Of a DNA stretch of 50,219 nucleotides, positions 44,808 to 50,219 are shown piece by piece. Every line of letters begins with the position of its first letter. Positions within the stretch are counted from its first letter, which is position 1. The position numbers were made by a program, and so were the translations under genes. The stretch comes from Shigella phage phi2457T. The stretch lies in sequence record MH917278; one strand, 5' to 3'. Below the pieces are notes generated by a model, which worked only from the letters and a program-made list of their open reading frames with translations, had not been told where the DNA came from and did no database searches.

Positions 44808-46376
44808 TTAACCCATCAGTCGAGGATTGATGAAAACAATATCATCAATGCGGCAAGTGTAGTTCATCTCTTCGAGCGTGATCAGCAGGCTATCTATTCT
44901 CTCAGATACTTTCTGTTGACCGTTGAACGGAGTAACGTTCCGGCACTTTGCAACGATGCTATGAATAGGAGCGCGCCCTTTATTCTTCTTTGCGATCTCA
45001 GTGATAACATCAATCAGCTTACGAGATTCAGCCTCATCACCAGCATACCCGGCAGCGCTGGCAGACGACAGATAAGTCCTGGAAAGCTCATTGAAGATCA
45101 TGATTGCTTCCTGCATCGTTTCAAGGTCAATCTCACGGTTGGAACGGTTCGGTGATTCACCCTCCCAATTCTTGATCGTGTGGAGAACTGAAGCAATACG
45201 CAAGGCGTGCTTATCGAACTTTCCGAGATGACCGCGTAGCATTGAGTGAGAGTATTTCCCACCTGCGGCGAAATCCGGCTCCATCGCCTGACGCGCAAGG
45301 TTTAATTCACGCATAGCATTACGACTTACAGAAAGAACAACGTTTTCCTCCTTCATAATGTTGTGCACGAGTCGATAATATTTACTCACCAATCCTCGAT
45401 CTACTTCCTTATACAGTGCATCACCATTTTCATCGCAAAGGATACGAGTACCTAAAAGAGGTTCCTCACGAACAAGAAGGAAGCGCTCAGATACGCCGAT
45501 GCCTCGTTGGCCTGCGTCCATGATACCCTTGATTGTTTCATCCTGCGCAATAACGCAGATGGAACCGACCGGGCAAAGGGACAAGTTGTTATCCTGGTTG
45601 GAACGCGCCACCTCCATATGGTTTTTATCCCACGCCTTAAGGATAAGCTCACTATTTGATTTCTTGTCTGAACCCCCATAAGTCAGGCCGAGCAATGTAT
45701 TGATTGCTGTCGCCTCATCAGAGATTACGGAGAAATGACCTTGAACAGCAGCTACTTTCGCTAGACCTTCTGGTGTAGGATCTGATACCGCGAAAACAAT
45801 ATCAGCCATCTTCTTGATTTTCTCTTCCAGTTTTTCTTTGTCCTCGTATAGCGCTGCCGTCGTGTTACCCTTCGGGTCGTTCTTAATTTCCTTCTCGACC
45901 TGACGTAGCTGACTGGTTAAACGGATACGTTCCTTTTTTCGCTCTTCATTCAGTCGCTGAATCTCTGCGCGCATAGGCGTAATCGCTGCGGAGTTAATCG
46001 CAGATTTACCTGTTGACGGTGGCTGGCTGATTACCATGTAAAGAGCGGTTGGTTGTTCTTCTCCGTGATATTGCACCCAAAACTTCCCGAGCATCGCGGC
46101 TGAGATGCACCCAATGAAATGAGCGTACGCAGACGAAACAGGGAACTGTACAGACTCGGCCTTTGCTTTTGCATATTCGAATACCAGGTTATCGCCACCT
46201 AACGAAATCAGAGGGAACTTATCGTTGCCGCTATTGATATCGATCGGATCTTGCCAAAATGAAACTGAGTCACCATAGCTGTTTTCACGAATTGCGATCG
46301 CCACCGGATTAACTCCAGTACTATTGGCGATCTCAATAATCTGTTGGTAATTCAGTTTTGGCTTAATATTAAACAT
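44808..46376 (-). CDS. large early protein with P-loop-like motif and central coiled coil (function unknown)
   Basis: Internal ATG (MFNIKPK) with SD aaggag; PPSTGKSA motif; Lys/Glu-rich coiled-coil segment; conserved element and hairpin upstream. Confidence 0.5.
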   Translation of the reverse strand: MFNIKPKLNYQQIIEIANSTGVNPVAIAIRENSYGDSVSFWQDPIDINSGNDKFPLISLGGDNLVFEYAKAKAESVQFPVSSAYAHFIGCISAAMLGKFWVQYHGEEQPTALYMVISQPPSTGKSAINSAAITPMRAEIQRLNEERKKERIRLTSQLRQVEKEIKNDPKGNTTAALYEDKEKLEEKIKKMADIVFAVSDPTPEGLAKVAAVQGHFSVISDEATAINTLLGLTYGGSDKKSNSELILKAWDKNHMEVARSNQDNNLSLCPVGSICVIAQDETIKGIMDAGQRGIGVSERFLLVREEPLLGTRILCDENGDALYKEVDRGLVSKYYRLVHNIMKEENVVLSVSRNAMRELNLARQAMEPDFAAGGKYSHSMLRGHLGKFDKHALRIASVLHTIKNWEGESPNRSNREIDLETMQEAIMIFNELSRTYLSSASAAGYAGDEAESRKLIDVITEIAKKNKGRAPIHSIVAKCRNVTPFNGQQKVSERIDSLLITLEEMNYTCRIDDIVFINPRLMG

Positions 46377-46432
46377 CACAATAAACTCCTTAGTTGACGG
46401 TGTAAATGATACACCGACAATGGTACACGCGT

Positions 46433-46450
46433 TTTGCAAAAAGTGCTATT
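46433..46450 (-). promoter_or_regulatory. conserved intergenic element copy (minus orientation)
   Basis: Plus strand tttgcaaaaagtgctatt; hairpin cggtgta/tacaccg lies between it and the gene start. Confidence 0.45.
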
Positions 46451-46452
46451 GG

Positions 46453-46869
46453 TTATAAGTATTTGGCCTCAAAGGTTGTGCCGTCTGCGATACTAAAACC
46501 AACCTCTTCGCGAAATAAGGTCCAGCGACAACCATCTTCATCAAAGATGTAACCAGCTACGCCACCGAGAGCGCGACCGCTTTCAACCTGGTAACGCTTG
46601 CCAACTTTGAATGATTTTTTCATTGGGTTGCGATGGTCAAGCCCGGTGCACTTGAGCGTCTTTGTTTTCAACTCAGTGAACTTCGCGAAGAAGATTTCAT
46701 CAGATCCGTGAATCTGTAATTCATCATGCTTTTCAAGTTTTAAATACTTGCCGCATTTTAACTTGATTTCACGAGTGCCATCATAGCGCTCACGACCTTT
46801 GTATAGGTTGTTTACTTCAAATCCTGTGATTTTATCTGCGTGAGTGCATTTCAGTTTGATGGATTTCAT
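46453..46869 (-). CDS. paralogous-family protein (138 aa)
   Basis: MKSIKLKCTHADKITGFEVNNLYKG matches family motif; conserved leader caagataaccaatcaggag upstream. Confidence 0.45.
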   Translation of the reverse strand: MKSIKLKCTHADKITGFEVNNLYKGRERYDGTREIKLKCGKYLKLEKHDELQIHGSDEIFFAKFTELKTKTLKCTGLDHRNPMKKSFKVGKRYQVESGRALGGVAGYIFDEDGCRWTLFREEVGFSIADGTTFEAKYL

Positions 46870-46931
46870 TTCGTTAACTCCTGATTGGTTATCTTGAATA
46901 AGGTCACTTTATCAAATGACCTTACGGCAAT

Positions 46932-46951
46932 ATTAACAAATCGTGCTATTT
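46932..46951 (-). promoter_or_regulatory. conserved intergenic element copy (minus orientation)
   Basis: Plus strand attaacaaatcgtgctattt; hairpin ggtca/tgacc downstream on minus strand. Confidence 0.45.
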
Positions 46952-47162
46952 ACCAGGGAATATAATCGTCGTCGTCCTCATCAATATCATCGCCAGGTAA
47001 CTCGAAGTTTGGATTATATTCGCTTTCTGCGTCCATATCCATATTCCCTAGAGCGTCCTCAAGTGTGATTTCTTTATATGCAACCTTGATACACCATTCC
47101 GCACTAAGCCCGGCATCAAGAGCGGCAAAATAACGAGTCCAGAAATTATCCCGTTCCATCAA
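46950..47162 (-). CDS. small acidic protein (70 aa)
   Basis: ORF track; C-terminus ELPGDDIDEDDDDYIPW strongly acidic. Confidence 0.4.
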   Translation of the reverse strand: MMERDNFWTRYFAALDAGLSAEWCIKVAYKEITLEDALGNMDMDAESEYNPNFELPGDDIDEDDDDYIPW

Positions 47163-47387
47163 TTAACTCCATGAATTAATGTAAATTGAGTTAGCCTCAA
47201 GCGTAGCGCGCACATCAGCATCTGTTGCATTTACTAAGCGCGAGCCTGGCGTGCTGCCGATAACGTTATTACCGTTACGAGTCTTAGTTACCGTCATTGA
47301 AATAAAACCGGAAGACTTATCCATTTTGATAACTACACGGCCTTTCGCGTTCAGGTGCTTGATGATATTCTCAACTTTAATGCTCAT
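47163..47387 (-). CDS. hypothetical protein (74 aa)
   Basis: ORF track; SD aaggaa upstream. Confidence 0.4.
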   Translation of the reverse strand: MSIKVENIIKHLNAKGRVVIKMDKSSGFISMTVTKTRNGNNVIGSTPGSRLVNATDADVRATLEANSIYINSWS

Positions 47388-47446
47388 CTTTAATTCCTTT
47401 GTTTGTTTGGTGTGGGAGTAATATACCTTACTCCCGGTTTGTTGTC

Positions 47447-47465
47447 TTTAGCTATTCGTGCTATC
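47447..47465 (-). promoter_or_regulatory. conserved intergenic element copy (minus orientation)
   Basis: Plus strand tttagctattcgtgctatc; hairpin gggagta...tactccc downstream on minus strand. Confidence 0.45.
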
Positions 47466-47607
47466 AGTACTCAGAAATTACTTTGCACTCTTTGATTGTG
47501 CCACCTAGAACTACTTTCTGCATCATTGCTTTTTGATGGCTATCGTAAACGCGAACATTTTTTACGCTGTTAAATTTGCCAGTATAGAAAGTGTGAATGT
47601 AAATCAT
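47464..47607 (-). CDS. possible small ORF (47 aa)
   Basis: ATG overlaps stop of upstream gene (ATGA); below ORF-track cutoff; coordinates approximate. Confidence 0.2.
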   Translation of the reverse strand: MIYIHTFYTGKFNSVKNVRVYDSHQKAMMQKVVLGGTIKECKVISEY

Positions 47608-47924
47608 TTTTTACCGTCCCAAGTTTGATACGCCGTCACCAGGTTGATGCTATGGTCGAACTCATCAATGCTGAGAGATCCGATTCGAACCAATTCTTTT
47701 TCATGCTTAATATCAATCATCCTGCTATATGGATGACCTGGCACGTATTTGAAAAGTCGCTTGCTGTCGGCAATGTCAGCGTTGATCCCGTAGAATCTAC
47801 CTACCGCTGCCTTCACGCGCTCCATGATATTTTTTTCGTGAATTGCCGCCGCGTTATTCAGTGCCGCAACCGTGCTTCCGTTAATCTTCGGTGACTTCGT
47901 TGTGATCTTGTAAGTGTGGTTCAT
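47604..47924 (-). CDS. hypothetical protein (106 aa)
   Basis: Internal ATG (MNHTYKITT) with SD aggggg; avoids overlap with upstream ORF. Confidence 0.4.
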   Translation of the reverse strand: MNHTYKITTKSPKINGSTVAALNNAAAIHEKNIMERVKAAVGRFYGINADIADSKRLFKYVPGHPYSRMIDIKHEKELVRIGSLSIDEFDHSINLVTAYQTWDGKK

Positions 47925-47940
47925 TATTCCCCCTAACCAG

Positions 47941-48141
47941 TCAGGATAGCTTTCTCGCTTCATCAATGATAACAGGTTCGAGGCGCTCAAGTCGAACGCT
48001 GAACGTGTTCATAAATCCCTCGTTGTTCTTCAATAATTCGAATGCGTCCGTAGCTTCAATGGCGCTACTGCCCATGTAAGCGATCACGCTCTTCTGTGTC
48101 TTGCGTGAGATCGCCACTACGCGGTAAATATTATCACTCAT
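47941..48141 (-). CDS. hypothetical protein (66 aa)
   Basis: Internal ATG (MSDNIYRV) with SD aaggaag. Confidence 0.4.
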   Translation of the reverse strand: MSDNIYRVVAISRKTQKSVIAYMGSSAIEATDAFELLKNNEGFMNTFSVRLERLEPVIIDEARKLS

Positions 48142-48505
48142 ACAATGCTTCCTTAACACGGTCCGCAATGCAGGAGTTAACGGCGATTGAATAGTTAGCT
48201 ACACCCCATAATGCAATATTGCCAAGCTCGGTCCGCATTGATGGGTTGTTTAGCTGAATGATTGTCTCTCCCGTGTCTTTATCGACGAAGCGAGACACGC
48301 CAGAATGGTCCACTACGCGGGTTACTCGGTTCACGCACTCCATTGCATCACTTACACCGTAATAAGCGCTTAGAGCGGCTCTCACTGCCTTCTCTTGCTT
48401 GTTGTAAATCTTGCGCGCAATGTTCTCGATCGCTACGTTCTCTTTCTCGTCAGTCTGGATTGCTGTGCTTGCTGAGAAGTCCAGGTTTATGAATTGCTTA
48501 ATCAT
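48134..48505 (-). CDS. hypothetical protein (123 aa)
   Basis: Internal ATG (MIKQFINL) with SD gaggg. Confidence 0.4.
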   Translation of the reverse strand: MIKQFINLDFSASTAIQTDEKENVAIENIARKIYNKQEKAVRAALSAYYGVSDAMECVNRVTRVVDHSGVSRFVDKDTGETIIQLNNPSMRTELGNIALWGVANYSIAVNSCIADRVKEALYE

Positions 48506-48509
48506 ATAA

Positions 48510-48740
48510 TTACCCTCTGAAACTATCAATAGTGTCGTTGATGTATTTCACTTGCGCCTCAACGTCAGACGTTGCGATATACTGGAATGTATCGTAATCA
48601 TCCCGCAAATCGACAAGCTCGACCTTTGTGTGATGCTCTTTCAGGCCGCCCATGTGACCGTAATGCGTGCGATAGACGATAAATCCCTCATCATTGGCTC
48701 GCTGGATTGCTTTCTTTAATCCGGGATGCTTAATTGCCAT
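48510..48740 (-). CDS. hypothetical protein (76 aa)
   Basis: Internal ATG (MAIKHPG) after conserved leader aaccaatcaggagaatcacc. Confidence 0.4.
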   Translation of the reverse strand: MAIKHPGLKKAIQRANDEGFIVYRTHYGHMGGLKEHHTKVELVDLRDDYDTFQYIATSDVEAQVKYINDTIDSFRG

Positions 48741-48797
48741 CTGGTGATTCTCCTGATTGGTTGATGCGTTAACCATACCCCGATCTCGCTCGGGGCG

Positions 48798-48816
48798 TTT
48801 AGCAATTCGTGCTATT
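48798..48816 (-). promoter_or_regulatory. conserved intergenic element copy (minus orientation)
   Basis: Plus strand tttagcaattcgtgctatt; hairpin ccccgagcgagatcgggg downstream on minus strand; contains stop of upstream gene. Confidence 0.5.
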
Positions 48817-49150
48817 AAGCAATATCGAACTCAGCGGCGTATGCTTCTTTGATGCCAGCTTCACGCATGGTGCGCTTACTGATTTTGCGCGGGAATTTGT
48901 ACTGGCTGTTAGGCATCACCCACCAGAAGCAAGCAGTCTCGCGAACGATTTCATATTTACCGTAACGAGTGAAGGTATCGCGTTCCATATCAGGCTGGTT
49001 AACACAGGTCAGGAATTTAACTGCCTTGTCTTCAGTTTTGATTTCTTCCCAAACGAAGGAGTCCATTCCGTTAACCTTGCAAGCAACCATGATGTACTCA
49101 ACGCCGTTTTCGATTTTGATGATTTCGTTACCGCGATTTTCGTATTTCAT
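48815..49150 (-). CDS. hypothetical protein (111 aa)
   Basis: ORF track; leader catcgaaacgagatacacatcaggag upstream resembles plus-strand leaders. Confidence 0.45.
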   Translation of the reverse strand: MKYENRGNEIIKIENGVEYIMVACKVNGMDSFVWEEIKTEDKAVKFLTCVNQPDMERDTFTRYGKYEIVRETACFWWVMPNSQYKFPRKISKRTMREAGIKEAYAAEFDIA

Positions 49151-49213
49151 TTTCTTGCTCCTGATGTGTATCTCGTTTCGATGAGGTAATTATGCCAAAT
49201 CACACCGATCGAG

Positions 49214-49232
49214 TTTTAACAAAAAGTGCTAT
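49214..49232 (-). promoter_or_regulatory. conserved intergenic element copy (minus orientation)
   Basis: Plus strand ttttaacaaaaagtgctatc. Confidence 0.5.
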
Positions 49233-49920
49233 CCGCGATTGCTTTGAAAAATCCCCTGGGCGACAGAGATCGTATCAACTTAGTTTTGGCAGATTTGCCG
49301 CCTAGCTTACTGTGCTGTGCAGAGTACCCGTCAGGTATGCTTACAGGTTTTCTCTCTGGCATGACAAAATCGTCAGAGGTCCAAAGGCAAGTTTTCTTCG
49401 GGTAAGCATCGCGCGGCGCAATATACATCGGGAACCAGGGGTGTGAGTCATTCTCAGGAAGATAGCCGCCATACTCCCAGGGATTGAAGGAGTGATTTGG
49501 TTTTCTCCAGGCAGATGACAGGACGCTAACCGGATTCTCAATGATGTAAGTCACACCCAGGCTATCGCCAATGTTCGCGGCAATCCTTGCGGTGGCAACG
49601 GCCTTTTCCTGGAATAACGGATCGCGTTCACGCTTTCTTGCGAAGTGGGCGGCACCGCTAACAGCCAGGTCGGTACACGGCGGGAAGGCCATAATGAAAT
49701 CCGGCTTGCCATACACGCCAGCTATAGCATCACGCTCAAACGCTGCGTCAATGAACACGTTCACATACTCAATGTTCGGATGCTCCACCCGGGCATTGTA
49801 CTTTGCATAATCACCGTGATCGGCTCCGTCAAAGTTGAAGCACATCACCTTGTGACCTTGCTTAGCCAGTTCATGACCAGCAAGACCGGAACCGTCGAAT
49901 AGCGACCAAATCAACTTCAT
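49216..49920 (-). CDS. DNA cytosine-C5 methyltransferase-like protein (compact)
   Basis: Motif I-like LFDGSGLAG, motif IV-like FPPCTD (catalytic Pro-Cys), motif VI-like IIENP; only 234 aa so target-recognition and C-terminal motifs are unclear. Confidence 0.45.
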   Translation of the reverse strand: MKLIWSLFDGSGLAGHELAKQGHKVMCFNFDGADHGDYAKYNARVEHPNIEYVNVFIDAAFERDAIAGVYGKPDFIMAFPPCTDLAVSGAAHFARKRERDPLFQEKAVATARIAANIGDSLGVTYIIENPVSVLSSAWRKPNHSFNPWEYGGYLPENDSHPWFPMYIAPRDAYPKKTCLWTSDDFVMPERKPVSIPDGYSAQHSKLGGKSAKTKLIRSLSPRGFFKAIADSTFC

Positions 49921-50060
49921 TTTGCGATCTCCTTTTTGTAGTGATTCAGCTTGTCGATGATTGACTTCGACTTGTTGGCTAGCGCCATGTCAGAGAACAG
50001 AGCCACGCGATAGATGTGTTCGTAACGATTAATGGCCGCGTTGATGTTTGCAATATTCAT
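49920..50060 (-). CDS. possible small ORF (46 aa)
   Basis: ATG after conserved leader aaccaatcagaggaatcgac; stop overlaps ATG of the methyltransferase-like gene (ATGA). Confidence 0.3.
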
Positions 50061-50118
50061 GTCGATTCCTCTGATTGGTTGATGAGATGAATAATACCCG
50101 ATCTACCCGGGTGACGTG

Positions 50119-50135
50119 TGGCAAAAAATGCTATT
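50119..50135 (-). promoter_or_regulatory. conserved intergenic element copy (degenerate, minus orientation)
   Basis: Plus strand tggcaaaaaatgctatt; hairpin and leader follow on minus strand. Confidence 0.35.
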
Positions 50136-50219
50136 CCAATAGTTGCTCATTATTCCACCATCAATGGAATATCTGGAATAATTGCGATCCCGATTGATCT
50201 CGAATGATGAAATGTGATT

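Noticed and set aside
1-50219. CRISPR array formed by the repeated element
   Set aside because: Copies are 300-1500 bp apart, separated by protein-coding genes, occur in both orientations, and there are no short regularly spaced unique spacers.
1-50219. Lysogeny module (integrase, CI-like repressor, attachment site)
   Set aside because: No ORF shows integrase or recombinase motifs or a repressor-sized HTH/peptidase fusion. The content (T1-type lysis cassette, ERF, Dam, lambda-like tail) fits a virulent T1-like phage. A remote homologue cannot be excluded without searches.
1-50219. tRNA or other structured RNA genes
   Set aside because: I found no obvious cloverleaf-compatible segment by eye. 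This is a weak negative; tRNAscan-SE or Infernal should be run to confirm.

Overview
The window looks like a near-complete genome of a virulent T1-like (Drexlerviridae-type) siphophage of an enterobacterial host; all calls are from reading the sequence and ORF track by eye, with no database search. Layout: (i) 1-9.4 kb, plus-strand early block of ~25 short ORFs; (ii) 9.5-29.6 kb, lambda-like morphogenesis operon (terminase small/large, portal, head morphogenesis, scaffold, two paralogous decoration-like genes, major capsid, connectors, major tail, G/G-T frameshift chaperone, tape measure, M/L/K/I/J homologues); (iii) 29.6-30.8 kb, minus-strand candidate receptor-binding protein plus Cor/Llp-like lipoprotein; (iv) 30.8-31.4 kb, AT-rich noncoding region with TGTAAC iterons; (v) 31.4-43.98 kb, recombination (exonuclease, ERF, SSB), a minus-strand side tail fibre with S74 chaperone domain, primase-like, helicase, VRR-NUC, Dam methyltransferase, HTH-metallophosphoesterase and a pinholin / SAR-endolysin / u-spanin lysis cassette; (vi) 43.99-50.1 kb, minus-strand early block including a C5-methyltransferase-like gene. 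No integrase, repressor, CRISPR array, DNA polymerase or RNA polymerase was seen. The most unusual feature is a conserved intergenic cassette present in at least 24 copies: a 19-20 bp element ATAGCAC-N5-TTG(C/T)TAAAAC, then a GC-rich hairpin carrying TATAGT exactly 22 nt downstream, then a conserved leader and Shine-Dalgarno. Other notable points are a dispersed family of small paralogous proteins, a split HAD-phosphatase/P-loop-kinase pair, and terminator-promoter modules inside the late operon.
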